The notes: a model not told the origin generated them from the sequence alone. 64,000 bases of DNA from an uncultured Methanosarcinaceae archaeon (GCA_963721455.1 CAVRJG010000053.1:64001-128000); one strand, 5' to 3'; shown: positions 36,477 through 47,974, counted from the stretch's first letter. Numbers and translations: made by a program.

Positions 36477-38625
36477 ATGAAGAAAATGGAGCAATTTCCG
36501 GCAAAGAACCCGAATCCTGTGATCAGTGTGGGAAACGATGGGATGATTCTTTATTCAAATGGGGCAGGTGAGCCCTTATTGCACGAATGGGGCGTGGAAG
36601 TCGGAGGAAAATTGCCTTCATATATCGGAGATTTAGTGCAAAAGGTAATTTCCCGGAATAGCCCGGAAAAAATGGAAATTAAAGTGGGAAAAAAAGTATA
36701 CCTGGTCGCGTTTCACCCCGTACCCGAGGAAGAGTGTGTAAACATTTACGGATTCGATATAAGCGACCAGAAAGAGCTTGAAGAACAGTTGAGGGAGAGC
36801 GAGGCCAGGTACCGCGACCTGTTCGAGACGGTGCAGGAGGTCTTCTTCATCGATCGGCTCATCTACGATGAACAGGGTAATGTCGTCGACTGGATTTTCG
36901 AAGACATCAACCCGGCTGGACTCGAGCTCATCGGTATGAAAGATATTGATGAGGCCAAAGGAAAAAGGGGATCAGAAGTGCTCGGCCGCGAGGTAGCTTC
37001 ATTCTATCTTCCTATGATCGAGAAGGCCCGGCTGTCGAACAAAGCAGTCACGTTCCAGTATCACAGCCCTCTCGTAGACAAGGAATTCCTCACCTCGTAT
37101 ATTGTCCGCGGAGACCGCCTTATCTCCTCCCAGATGGATGTCACAGAGCGCAAACGAATGGAAGATGTCCTGCGCGAGAGTGAATCGCGTCGTAAGGTTG
37201 CCGAAGCTGTCGAGGCTGAGCGGCGGCGGCTCTTTAGCGTGCTGGAGACGCTGCCGGCAATGATAATCTTATTAACACCTGACTACCAGGTCGTCTTTGC
37301 CAACCGCAGCTTCCGTAAAAGATTCGGTGATCCAGGTGGCCGGCGCTGCTATGAATATTATTTTGGATTTACCCAGCCGTGTGAATCCTGCGAATCACGC
37401 AAAGTGCTTGAAACAGGTCAACCTTACCATTGGGAAGTAAGCGGTCCGGACGGAAGCTTTTATGATGCCTACAATTTGCCGTTCACTGACGTTGACGGTT
37501 CTCCCATGATCCTTGAGATGGATATTGACGTCACCGAGCGAAAAAAGGCAGAAGAAAAACTTCAAGAAAGTGAGGGGAAATACCGCAACATTGTAGAGAC
37601 AGCAAACGAAGGCATACTCATAACTGACAATGAAAACATAATCACTTACGTTAACAAGAAAATTGCAGATATGCTCAGATACACTACTGAAGAGGTTATT
37701 GGTAGACCTATATGGGGCTTCATCAGTGAAGAATACAAACCTATTGTCAAAATGAATCTGGAAAAAAGGAGGCAGGGGATAAGTGAGAGCTATGAATTGA
37801 AATTAATACGTAAAGATAGCTCACCCCTTTGGACACTTCTAAATGCCAAACCTATTTTTGATAAGGATAGTAAGTATATGGGCGCTACGAGTATGTTAAC
37901 TGATCTCACTACGCGAAAAGAAGCTGAAGAAGCCCTCGCAAATATCGAAATTCTCACGTCGAAAAGAAATTCACCACAGGATCAAAAATAACCTGCAGGT
38001 TATTTCATCCCTTCTTGATCTTCAGGCTGAGAAATTCAATAACAGAGGAGATATTAAGAACTCAGAAGTTCTGGAAGCCTTCAGGGAAAGTCAGGACAGA
38101 GTAATATCCATGGCTCTTATCCATGAGGAACTGCACAAAAGTGAAGGACTCGATACACTTAATTTTTCTTCGTACATTCAGGAACTCGCTGAGAATCTTT
38201 TCCTGACATACAGGCTTAGAGATATCGATATCAGCTTAAATACGGATCTGGAAGAAAACATTTTCTTTGACATGGATACTGCGGTCCCACTGGGGATAAT
38301 CATCAACGAACTCGTTTCAAATTCTCTCAAACATGCATTTTCAGGCAGGGATAGAGGAGAAATTCGAATCAAACTTTGCCGTGAAAAAACTAAGGAATTT
38401 ATAAACAGCATGGAAGAAAGCACTGATGAGGACTTTCAGGATACCAGTTTAATTCTGACAGTTTCAGATGATGGGATAGGTATACCTGAAAGTCTCAATT
38501 TGGAAAATCCCGACAGTCTTGGCATACAGTTGGTAACGACCCTTGTAGACCAGTTAGAGGGGGAACTTGAACTGAAAAGGAACAATGGGACGGAATTCAC
38601 TATAAGGTTCACAGTAGCAGAATAA
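36477..38625 (+). CDS. Multi-PAS sensor histidine kinase (HisKA_2 type), frameshift near 37950-37965
   Basis: PAS repeats (DVTERK); H-box EIHHRIKNNLQVISSLLDLQ in the shifted frame after about 37965; NELVSNSLKHAF, VSDDGIG, SLGIQLV in ORF 38110-38625. Confidence 0.88.
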
Positions 38626-39008
38626 AGAAACAAGCACGAGCGCCATCTATCCGATAATTTATCCAATTGCGAATATTGATTATTAACACACCTGAAGAAG
38701 TTTGTTGCTTCCCTTATGGGCCTCATCTCGAGAACATTCGACTGAAATCAAACTATCTAAAACATACCAATTTTCACAGATTTTCATGCTTGACTTGATT
38801 CTCAAGTGCGTAAGTCCTATAGTATCACCTATTAACTTCGGCGAACCCCCACAATCAACTACCTCCTCTTGAACAGCCTATCTGCTGTATTTCTGCTGGC
38901 GTGTTTTTCATACTTCCTCTTCTATCCACTGCCAGCAGTCTTTTCAAAATCATTCACATGCTTAGCGATGTCAGTTCCCTGTACCTTGCTATGCCCACCA
39001 GATTTCTC

Positions 39009-40118
39009 TCAAATCATGCCCAGATCTTTGAGCCTGTTGGGCAGGTATACCTCGGTTACGAAGTCAAGGCCTTTTCCGGCAAACGCCTGCTGTTCTGCCT
39101 TTTTTCCTATACTGAGCTGGAGCTGGATCTGCTCTTTCCAGTATTCGGACTCAAAACGCGGGTCTGAAAGTTCACTCCGCAGTGCGTTTATGTCCTGTTC
39201 TGTGAGTTTGTCGGTCGAAAGTTCGTACTCGACTATATCCGAGGGCTGGAGACCAATGAATTTGGCTGCGGGTGTTGCCATGAATTCCGAGAGATGAGCA
39301 CTTTTTATAGCCCCGTAGGCAACAGAAGCATAAATCCTGTAGGACCAGGGGTCACCGTCAGTGAAGACAGCTACAGGGATGCCTAATTCCTCGTTCATGC
39401 GCTTGATAATCCTGCGGGTTGACCGGGCAGGCTGGCCCTTGAGGTGGACAAGGATCGCATTGTAGGTCTCATCAAACCCATTTTCCATCAACCGTGCATA
39501 CATACCACCTGTCTCTATGGCTATGATCATGCTTGCGTCGTGGCCCTTAAACTCGATATTCTCCACATTGAAAGGAATCTGGTATCCTCCTTCCCCCACG
39601 TCCTTCTGGCAGTGGATATTACGCACTCCGCGCTTTGTCTGTTCCGAGATCTCAATAGGCCCGAACATGGTAGCCCCGTCTTCTTCAGGGCGCATGTGGA
39701 AATACTCCCTCTGGAGACTGGTCAGGAGTTCCAGGTCTTCTATCAGGCGGTCGCTTTCAGCCTGCTCCTTGAACTTGGCAGCGTCCCAGCCTTCAGATAT
39801 GTAGTAAAGTTCTCGAAGTGTTGAGCCGCGGTTCTGGGCAAGGTGCTCGTTTATAAGGAAATGTGTAGCATAAGTGGTCTTCAGGAGCTGGAACGCACCT
39901 TTCACGGTCTTTGCGCTTCTTTCGCTTTCCCTGTCCCCATAGACCCAGACATCGCTCTCATCGGAATATTCTATGTTGGCTTTGGTCCGGCTTGGGAGGC
40001 TGACGCTTGGGACAATTTCATCTTCAAACTGGTTGTAGATCTTTTCTGCAAGCTCAAGCAGCCGTTCTCTCGCCAGGGCATCTCCCTGGATTGTTTTGCT
40101 ATTTACTTCTCTGGCCAT
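39009..40118 (-). CDS. top6A: DNA topoisomerase VI subunit A
   Basis: [29 protein letters not shown]. Confidence 0.96.
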   Translation of the reverse strand: MAREVNSKTIQGDALARERLLELAEKIYNQFEDEIVPSVSLPSRTKANIEYSDESDVWVYGDRESERSAKTVKGAFQLLKTTYATHFLINEHLAQNRGSTLRELYYISEGWDAAKFKEQAESDRLIEDLELLTSLQREYFHMRPEEDGATMFGPIEISEQTKRGVRNIHCQKDVGEGGYQIPFNVENIEFKGHDASMIIAIETGGMYARLMENGFDETYNAILVHLKGQPARSTRRIIKRMNEELGIPVAVFTDGDPWSYRIYASVAYGAIKSAHLSEFMATPAAKFIGLQPSDIVEYELSTDKLTEQDINALRSELSDPRFESEYWKEQIQLQLSIGKKAEQQAFAGKGLDFVTEVYLPNRLKDLGMI

Positions 40119-40119
40119 C

Positions 40120-41985
40120 TTACATCCCCTTAAAGGCCTTTGCCCCTGTTACCAGCTCTTCTTCAAGCCCTTCCACAATAAGGTCCGGAAATTTTCCGAG
40201 TTCTCTATCTTCTGCGGACTCTATCCTGTAGCTGAGCACCTTTGAAGATCCGACGGTTGCCGAAATATCCCATATATAATCGTAATCATTGCCCATAGTC
40301 ACGACCTTTGGTTCGGGCTTTGCCCCGCTGATTGTCCAGGGCAGCATTTCATGGACCCTGAAGGAATGCGTTGAGGTCCCGAAGTTCTTGACCTTTATTA
40401 TAACATCCGCAGTCCCGTCCTCATTCTTTTTAACTTTCCTGTGCACAAGCAGGTTTCCCATAATCTTTGCAACAACAGGGTTGATATCAGGGACATCTTT
40501 TTCCAGGATGTTTGCAACCTTTACAGCCATTTTCGGGAGCACCTTTGTAATTATAATTTCCTTTTCCCGGCGCTTCTTGAGATTGCTCTGTTTGCTCAGG
40601 TAGTGTTTGAGCTTCCTTGCTACGTCTTTGATTGCAAGGTCAACCTCTTCCTTGATTACAGGAATGTCTGCAATAGCATCTTTTGATTCTGAAGTAAAAG
40701 GCACGTTAATCGAAGCGACATGAATAAGGAGGATAACAGGGCCTATGGGAATTCCACCGCCTGGCTGGTTTAAGCCGTACTGCTTCCATTTTATGTCTTC
40801 GACTGCATGTGTGGTCACGCAGCCTCCCTGCTGGTAAAGCAGAGGCACACGGTTAGCGAAACGCATGATGCTGATTTTATCCTCTTTCGAGAGGTTTCCC
40901 CCATAGGCAAGCCCGACTTCCACTACAAAGGGATTTCCGGAATATACGGACGGTTTCCGCGTGCTTGTGGCAATGAAGTCCACATTTGTCTCTTTTTCAA
41001 GCCCCCTGTAAATTAGCTCTTCCCCGATTGGAGAAAGGCAGTCTGTGGGAGGAGCCATGATTTTTACCTTCTCAAAAGCCTCAATTAGCTTTCTTGCCTC
41101 GTGGCGGCCCAGGGACTGAGGGTCAATTTCGGGATCAAGCCCTGCAGCCTTGCAGATTTCCTCGGCAGTTAAAAGGCCTATTTTACAAAAAGAGTAGCGG
41201 AGAAACGGGGCAAGCTTCTGGCGCTCGGTGTAATGGAGCATTTTCATGAGAGTGCCCAGCTCAATGCCTTCAGGGTGGGGCAGGATTTCTTCTGCAGGGT
41301 CAGGCATCTTGTCCGTTGCCCTTTCAAAGACTTCTTCGTTGCCGTCAGGTTCGATAAGGGTAATCCTTGTATGGGGGTTTACGATTGCCGTAGCTTTAAG
41401 GTATTCATAAATGGACTGCCTTCTTCCTTTTACGTAGGCAGCCTTCATTTCAAGTTCTATCTGGGTTCCGTGGGGGCGGAACCAGTCCTTTACCTCATCT
41501 TTCTGGATATCGGGCTCATTCGTGCTTGTATTGATCATTAGCTCGTAGTAATGGGCCGGGGCACTGGAACTGGTCTTGGAGAGGATTTTAGTATGCCTGC
41601 CTGCAGTCATCTGGGCATAGAGCACGGCTGCGGAAATCCCTATTCCCTGCTGTCCCCTGCTCTGCTTAAGGGCATGGAATCTGGAACCATAAAGCAGCTT
41701 TGCAAAGACTTTGGGGATTTGCTCTTTTATAATTCCGGGTCCGTTGTCTTCTATTATCACAGTTACGTAGTCCTGTCCGGTCCTTTCGACCTGGACAAGG
41801 ATGTCAGGCAGGATTCCTGCCTCTTCGCAGGCGTCCAGGGAATTATCAACAGCTTCTTTTACGGTTGTTATGAGGCTTCGGGGAGCAGAGTCAAAACCCA
41901 GGATCTGCCTGTTTTTTTCAAAAAATTCTGCGACACTTATTGACTTTTGATTTTTGGCAAGTTCTTCTGCAATGGGGAAATCCAT
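40120..41985 (-). CDS. top6B: DNA topoisomerase VI subunit B
   Basis: [41 protein letters not shown]. Confidence 0.96.
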   Translation of the reverse strand: MDFPIAEELAKNQKSISVAEFFEKNRQILGFDSAPRSLITTVKEAVDNSLDACEEAGILPDILVQVERTGQDYVTVIIEDNGPGIIKEQIPKVFAKLLYGSRFHALKQSRGQQGIGISAAVLYAQMTAGRHTKILSKTSSSAPAHYYELMINTSTNEPDIQKDEVKDWFRPHGTQIELEMKAAYVKGRRQSIYEYLKATAIVNPHTRITLIEPDGNEEVFERATDKMPDPAEEILPHPEGIELGTLMKMLHYTERQKLAPFLRYSFCKIGLLTAEEICKAAGLDPEIDPQSLGRHEARKLIEAFEKVKIMAPPTDCLSPIGEELIYRGLEKETNVDFIATSTRKPSVYSGNPFVVEVGLAYGGNLSKEDKISIMRFANRVPLLYQQGGCVTTHAVEDIKWKQYGLNQPGGGIPIGPVILLIHVASINVPFTSESKDAIADIPVIKEEVDLAIKDVARKLKHYLSKQSNLKKRREKEIIITKVLPKMAVKVANILEKDVPDINPVVAKIMGNLLVHRKVKKNEDGTADVIIKVKNFGTSTHSFRVHEMLPWTISGAKPEPKVVTMGNDYDYIWDISATVGSSKVLSYRIESAEDRELGKFPDLIVEGLEEELVTGAKAFKGM

Positions 41986-42011
41986 GGAATTTTACCTCAG
42001 GCTGAAAAATC

Positions 42012-42140
42012 AATCTAATGTTTCTTTTAATCCAATGTTTCTTTCAATCTAATGTTTCTTTTAATCCAATGTTTCTTTTAATCCAATGTTTCTTTCAATC
42101 TAATGTTTCTTTTAATCCAATGTTTCTTTTAATCCAATGT
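42012..42140. repeat. 17-bp tandem repeat (AATC[CT]AATGTTTCTTT[TC]) x7 plus a partial unit, upstream of top6B
   Basis: Direct reading of units; no spacers. Confidence 0.92.
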
Positions 42141-42190
42141 GTCCTTATTATTTTACAAACATTTAAATTAAAAAATTTCTGTTTCTCTAA

Positions 42191-42370
42191 GAGGCTGTCT
42201 TAAAATTCAAACCATTCATACAATTGGATAATGGAGAATATAAACTTTAAATTCATACAGTAAATTTTTTCCAAAATTCAGGTACACATTGACCTTAAGA
42301 ATGGTATTTTATTCCATGGGATTTATGCACTTGATATATAAAATTAAATGTAATAACCATCATTGTTTAA
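42191..42370 (+). mobile_element. Truncated copy of the GAGGCTGTCTTAAAATT-ended MITE
   Basis: Colinear with 43212-43390; preceded by TAA; ends where the next element begins. Confidence 0.75.
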
Positions 42371-42500
42371 GAACCCATCCCAAAACTAAAAATTGCTTCT
42401 CTGTATCTCGTATTATTAATAATCAATCGGGTTTCTGAGAATGGAAAATAGTTCTGAAACCTTACTGATTTGAGAATAAAATTGGTTTTGGGATGAGCTC
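42371..42500. mobile_element. 130-bp MITE with CATCCCAAAAC terminal inverted repeats
   Basis: GAACCCATCCCAAAAC ... GTTTTGGGATGAGCTC. Confidence 0.75.
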
Positions 42501-42806
42501 AATAAGAAACAATAATTCTGGAAATATTATATAACATGTGATTATATATATGTAAATATGTACTATAATGTACTCATGACTATTGAAATTAAACACTCCC
42601 TCTCAAACGAGAATGAGAAAATGAATCATTTCTAAAAACAACTACCATGAGTATAGTACAGGATTGGGGGGTTGATGACGAATTTGATTAGAGAATTGCA
42701 TTCTGATCTTAAAAGTTCATCTTCTCCTATATGCAAAAAGACTGTGAAGAAAATGCAGTAAACAAGAATATAAAAAAATACAGTATAAACCATGGGGGTA
42801 AACAAA

Positions 42807-43019
42807 ATGTTCGGATTCGGTTTTGATAGATTCGACGGTAACCGTTGTGGATGTGGCGGCTTTAGTGGTTGTGGCGGCTTTGATGGCGGCTTTGGTGGCT
42901 GCGGCGGCTTTGGCGGCTGTGGCGGCTTTGACGGCGGTTGTGGCGGCTGGGGTGGTCGCTTTGGTGGGTTCCGCGGTGGCTTCCGAGGCGGCTTCAACGG
43001 CCGTCGTGGCCGCTGGTAA
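42807..43019 (+). CDS. Gly/Cys/Phe/Arg-rich micro-protein (70 aa)
   Basis: GGGGGT RBS before ATG 42807; GC-rich ORF within AT-rich flanks; GCGGF and RGGF repeats; tandem TAATAA stop. Confidence 0.7.
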   Translation: MFGFGFDRFDGNRCGCGGFSGCGGFDGGFGGCGGFGGCGGFDGGCGGWGGRFGGFRGGFRGGFNGRRGRW

Positions 43020-43211
43020 TAACGGTCGAGTTTGAAAGAATTATTGAGCATGAAAGGAAAAAAGGACGATAGCCATCTTTTCAAGGCATGACGGAAAATT
43101 CCTGAAAAACCGTCTGTTCTTGAACTGATGACTATTTATCTTTACTTTTTGAATATATTTTTCGAAAATGTTAGCGAATTATTATTGCAGACTCTCCAAT
43201 GGAATTTCTAA

Positions 43212-43491
43212 GAGGCTGTCTTAAAATTCAAATCATTCCTACAATTGGATAATAGACAACGTTAACTTTAAATTCAAACCGTAAATTTTTCAGAAATTCA
43301 GGTATACATTAACCTTAAGAATATTACTTTCCCATAGGATTTACATACTCGAGGTATAAAATCAGATGCAGTAAACATCATTGTTTAAAATTACATTTTA
43401 GACACTTAATGGTTTAACGTTACTGTTTTTCAGTTCAAGTGTGTAAGTTCTATCCCAATTATAGAACCAAATTTAATTTTAAGACACGCTC
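43212..43491. mobile_element. 280-bp MITE (IS5-like ends) with TAA target duplication
   Basis: GAGGCTGTCTTAAAATT ... AATTTTAAGACACGCTC, TAA on both sides. Confidence 0.8.
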
Positions 43492-43633
43492 TAAGGTTAT
43501 ACATTTTAATAATGCGGTGTCTTTTTAAAAGCACTTTTTGGCAGTGTACCGAAAGTTCTGTAAAATCATATTTGTCAAGAAGTTATTGATAGAAAATTCA
43601 ACACACTAATAGATCCCAAAGAATAGCTACATT

Positions 43634-44641
43634 TTAAGATATATTGTTGGTATCTTTTCTTCTGTATTTTTCTTTTAATAACGTATCTACATTAAGAAGT
43701 TCTTTATTTATTTCTTCCAATAATAACCCCATAACGTACAAAAAAGCATTATTTTCTACATTTGGTCTTGAAGTTAAAAGAGCTTTGTTCATATATTGTA
43801 GCGATACTACCATGTTTGAGCCAGGGTCTGCGAGTCCTGCATCACTTTGTCCTACGAGCAAGATTTTTCCTTGATCTGAATCCATGAGTCCTAGATTATG
43901 ATAATTTCCTTTTGGACCTGCATGAACAGGATGGTTAGCCATGTTATAAAATGGTCTTAGATAATCAAGTCCTACATCTCTTTCAATGCCTTCGAAGTTA
44001 CAATATTTAGCTTCTAGCACTTTTGCTGCCCAACCATGAGACTTTTCATAACGATCACCATATTTAGAACGCAATTCTTTTCTTTTCTTCGCTACTCTTA
44101 TCATATCTTCAATCGTATCATAAGGAACGTAGCCTAAAATATCAGAATGTTTTTTATATAGATCATTGTTTTTTAAATAATCTTCAAAAAGATTATAAGA
44201 TTCAATGTAACGATAGTCTAAATAACGTTCTGCAATTTCGTTACCATGTTTACTTATAAACAAACCAGTAACAGCGGTTTCGTGAAGGCTGCGCCACCGA
44301 GCAAATGCACCAGAGGCATATCCATTTTTCATGAGTGTAAGGATCTCTTGTCCAATGAGACAGGCTTTTGCATGAAGTCTTACCAGAACTTTAAAAACAT
44401 AGTCTTTTTGTTCTGATGCATTTTGATTTTCTTCATTAAATTTGTCTCCCGCCTCTATGGAGAGTATCAAAAAAAGCTCAAGTAAATCTAAGGGGCATTT
44501 CCAAAGTTCATTTAATTTTTTGTTAAATGCTTCTGTCTCCTCGTGGTCTTTTTGTAAAATCTCTGGTGCGTTCTTTAATCTTTCAAATAATTGTGCTATT
44601 TCCTTTTTGAGTTCTCCAGAGTTTTCAATATTTTCTTCCAT
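43634..44641 (-). CDS. DUF5677-like (HEPN-related) helical protein
   Basis: LMKNGYASGAFARWRSLHE and Y..AN..VH motifs; AT-rich. Confidence 0.65.
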   Translation of the reverse strand: MEENIENSGELKKEIAQLFERLKNAPEILQKDHEETEAFNKKLNELWKCPLDLLELFLILSIEAGDKFNEENQNASEQKDYVFKVLVRLHAKACLIGQEILTLMKNGYASGAFARWRSLHETAVTGLFISKHGNEIAERYLDYRYIESYNLFEDYLKNNDLYKKHSDILGYVPYDTIEDMIRVAKKRKELRSKYGDRYEKSHGWAAKVLEAKYCNFEGIERDVGLDYLRPFYNMANHPVHAGPKGNYHNLGLMDSDQGKILLVGQSDAGLADPGSNMVVSLQYMNKALLTSRPNVENNAFLYVMGLLLEEINKELLNVDTLLKEKYRRKDTNNIS

Positions 44642-45403
44642 AGTATCGCTTTTACTGACTCATAGGTTTAAGTTATTGTGTTGATGTTTTCATGATTTAA
44701 GATTTTAAGAATTTCAGTTTAAGGCACGACTTTTTATATCTTTTTATACGAACCTTTTGTCATAGAACGTTCGGTTCTCGATAGTTTCCAGCAAGTAGTA
44801 AACGTCTTTTAGTGTATTTTGACCAGTGAATTAACTACTATCCAAACGTAGGGTCGTCCATTGATATAGGGTTGGTGTTTTAGGGGGAAATATTGAAACT
44901 TCTCTTCAATTCGTTTTAGGTTATTTCGACACGATCGTTCTAAAAATTCCAAAGTCGCGAAAAGAATGAGGGTAGAAATTATTTTTGTTATTGTGGAATA
45001 ACAACAACTGAATACAAATGGACGACCTAAGTATGTAGTGGGTTTTGAAACCGGTTAACATTTGACCCAAATCCCACTACATATATAAACAATGAACTAT
45101 TTTTGCAATAATGTTCAGTATAAAGGATAATGTGTTTTCCAGCAAAAACGCTATCAATAAAAATATTACGAAAAAAAACAAGTGACCTGCCGAAAGCAGG
45201 CTATATGATCAAAAAACTCAAGTCTCCCATGGTGATTTATACCTTACACTCATCGAAAATGCATGTTATTGATGCTAAAATGAGCAAGTGATGATATGAA
45301 TGAACTGCAATTATTATCAAGAGGAAGGTGACGATATAAATTTTTACACAATAAATCATCCAAATCTTTCTCAAAATGGATTATCATGGAATGAATAATA
45401 TAA

Positions 45404-45599
45404 CCCTAATTTGACAGAAGCATACATTTTATAATGTATAAATGGGCTTCATGCTTCTGTTTTCTTCATAAAATTCAAAGTTATTTCATACGTTTTTTGA
45501 TTTTTGACGTTTTTCATTTTTCCTAAAGGTACTGCGCCGATACAACGCGTTTTTTGTGTGAAAATACTATACTAATTAGTAGAATCTGTCAAATTAGGG
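45404..45599. mobile_element. 196-bp MITE with perfect 15-bp TIRs and 6-bp target duplication
   Basis: CCCTAATTTGACAGA ... TCTGTCAAATTAGGG flanked by ATATAA on both sides. Confidence 0.85.
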
Positions 45600-45695
45600 A
45601 TATAAGATGTAAAAAATATAAGGCAAATATTTAAAAAATCGCATTCGTTCTGAATGTACTTAACTTATATTGAAAGAAAATTTAGTACTTAGACA

Positions 45696-46628
45696 ATGAA
45701 TAGCTCATTATGGTCAGAAAACATTCTTAATTTAGCTACTTTTTTAACATCAATTGTATCCCTCTTCACACTAAATGAATTAAGAAAACAAAGATATTTA
45801 GCAAACTCACCCAAGCTTCATATTACATCAAAAAAAAATATTATTTCAGCCACAAACAAACGGGTTTGGTACGTAGAGAAAGAGCTTCCACTTATGTGGG
45901 AAAGTAAGTTTTTAGACGGAATGAAAGATGAGCTGTTGGAAGAAATCGATAACGATTATCCACCCATGTACTCAATCCCACTAAATTTAATCAACATTGG
46001 ATCAACCCCCGCTTTAAATGTCAGAATTGCTTGGAATTATGATAACGAAGGCCGAGAAAGTATAAAGAATATAATAAATAAATTCAATGAATTGGACCTG
46101 GGAGTTAAGTGTGAAATTCCAGACGACACTTATAATGATTCCCTTCATGTAACTCGTCAAAGTGCTACAGATGATAAACTTATGATTTTGGGAAAGAAGA
46201 TAAAAAGATACATTAGCATGGAATTAATGCCTCTTAATATTGAGTATTTATTACCCTTTTCAGAATCGAACCGAGGAACTCAAATTTTAATTCCATACCC
46301 ATATACTTCAATTATAGCTTTAGAATTAAGTGTATTAAGCTTATCAGAAATAAGCTTATCAGAAAATCACCATGATTATTCATTTCCGACTCTTTATGCC
46401 GATGTCTCGTATTATGATAACATAAATATACTTCATAAAGAGAAGTTATCGGTTAAATCTGTTATTAATGAGGCACAGTGGCAATTTAATAAGTGCATGT
46501 GTGAAAAAAAACTTGATTTTATTAATTTCACTATTGAGACACATAAGATCAATGGAAATAAAATGAATGATAATGGTCACTTCGAAACTACAGTGCAACT
46601 TAGCAAAGAGTCGAAATTAAAAGATTAA
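45696..46628 (+). CDS. Hypothetical protein with N-terminal membrane anchor
   Basis: 310-aa ORF in AT-rich DNA; hydrophobic N-terminal helix followed by ELRKQR..P.L. Confidence 0.7.
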   Translation: MNSSLWSENILNLATFLTSIVSLFTLNELRKQRYLANSPKLHITSKKNIISATNKRVWYVEKELPLMWESKFLDGMKDELLEEIDNDYPPMYSIPLNLINIGSTPALNVRIAWNYDNEGRESIKNIINKFNELDLGVKCEIPDDTYNDSLHVTRQSATDDKLMILGKKIKRYISMELMPLNIEYLLPFSESNRGTQILIPYPYTSIIALELSVLSLSEISLSENHHDYSFPTLYADVSYYDNINILHKEKLSVKSVINEAQWQFNKCMCEKKLDFINFTIETHKINGNKMNDNGHFETTVQLSKESKLKD

Positions 46629-46687
46629 CGTTATATTCGAAAAAGTATATCAAAAACTCCAGGTTCCTAGGGGATTATACCTTTCAT

Positions 46688-46837
46688 GGTTCCGTTGCAA
46701 AAAATCTGGCTCCCTTGCAAAATCAAAAAAAACCTTCACAATTAGGAAATTTAATCATTTTCATTAGAAAGAAAATGACACACACAGGTAAAAATTATAG
46801 TGTCAAATTGCAGAAATATTTTTTTTGCAACGGAACC
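46688..46837. mobile_element. 150-bp IS6-family-derived MITE
   Basis: GGTTCCGTTGCAAAAAA ... TTTTTTGCAACGGAACC; same end as the IS6 remnant at 57662-57678. Confidence 0.85.
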
Positions 46838-46910
46838 GGGAATTGTAAGTATAAGATTTAATAAAATGTATATAGGCAAGAAGCTAAGGATTTTTGTAGA
46901 GGTTGATTAA

Positions 46911-47948
46911 ATGGAGTCTATTAAAGAACCTACTGATCTTTGTGTTCCAATTTACTTAGATCAGCAAATTGTTTTTGATTTACTTGCCATGTTAGAAAAT
47001 GGATTTTCTCAAATAAATACTGTAAACACATCCACAACAGGTACGAAAATAGATGATTCAAAAAGAGGTGCATCTTTAGGCAGCACTGCCTTATCTTTGT
47101 TTGATTTTTCTTTAAATGGAAACAAGCATAAAACAATCACTACGACAGATAATGAACAGCAATCTATGGAAAAAATACATACACCTTCATCAATGTTTTC
47201 AATACTTCGTCGTACGCTCTACGAAAAAAAATTTATATCCCCCATGGATACAATGGATGAAATCGGGAATTTGAAATGTGGGGACTTTGTAGAGTTTAGA
47301 TCAAAACTTAAGACTAATCCCTTAATGGATTCCTTCAATCGTATGAGGGAAGTATCTAAGTATTTGGTCAAATATTCAGACCAGATTGATAAAAGGAGAA
47401 TCAGTGAAAAAACGGCAGAAGAAATAGAAACAAAGATAGAATCAATCCAAGAAAGAGATCGGAATAAACGAAAAATTAAAAACCCAGTCCAGAATAACCA
47501 AATTAATGTTCCAACTCAAGATAATCAAAATAATGTTCCAACTCAAGATAATCAAAATAATGTAGCACTCTTTCAATGGATATTTGAATTATCAGATGAT
47601 TTACTGAACTCTAATTCAACTGAAATAATTGGAAATCTATCTGATCAAACTCTGGTCAATGTAGATCTTTCTGCTAAGGTTAATTGTTTTGTGAATAATG
47701 ATACATCTCTTGTAATGAATGGCGAGTTTTCTGTATTTGGAAAAGTCACTCAGGTTATATCATGTGATTCTGAAGACACAATAGATCTCTTACAGAAAAC
47801 AAATCTCAGATCATTCGGTGAAGACGTCATTAAAAAGTTTACTGATGCATTTGATCAGGTACCAAATAACGCTATAACTTTACCAAAAGTAATAACAAAA
47901 ATAAATGGCCCCGCTATTCAGGTATTACCAATTGCAATATTTATATAA
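46911..47948 (+). CDS. DUF6414-like hypothetical protein
   Basis: PIYLDQQIVFDLLA.LENGF, EKIHTPSSMFS.LR, GEFSVFGKV, C-terminal AIQVLPIAIFI; AGAGGT RBS. Confidence 0.7.
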   Translation: MESIKEPTDLCVPIYLDQQIVFDLLAMLENGFSQINTVNTSTTGTKIDDSKRGASLGSTALSLFDFSLNGNKHKTITTTDNEQQSMEKIHTPSSMFSILRRTLYEKKFISPMDTMDEIGNLKCGDFVEFRSKLKTNPLMDSFNRMREVSKYLVKYSDQIDKRRISEKTAEEIETKIESIQERDRNKRKIKNPVQNNQINVPTQDNQNNVPTQDNQNNVALFQWIFELSDDLLNSNSTEIIGNLSDQTLVNVDLSAKVNCFVNNDTSLVMNGEFSVFGKVTQVISCDSEDTIDLLQKTNLRSFGEDVIKKFTDAFDQVPNNAITLPKVITKINGPAIQVLPIAIFI

Positions 47949-47974
47949 TATTGAACAATTTAAGAAATATTCTA

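Noticed and set aside
37940-38110. Separate PAS protein and kinase genes
   Set aside because: The H-box EIHHRIKNNLQ lies between the two ORFs in the downstream frame, so this is one frameshifted gene
42012-42140. Possible CRISPR array
   Set aside because: Units are contiguous 17-mers with no unique spacers; no cas genes in the window
42632-43084. Pro-rich 150-aa ORF on the minus strand
   Set aside because: Antisense shadow of the Gly-codon-rich ORF, which has the better RBS and clean GC boundaries
45030-45085. 10-bp inverted repeat ATGTAGTGGG/CCCACTACAT
   Set aside because: Isolated; no TSD, second copy or linked gene to support a function
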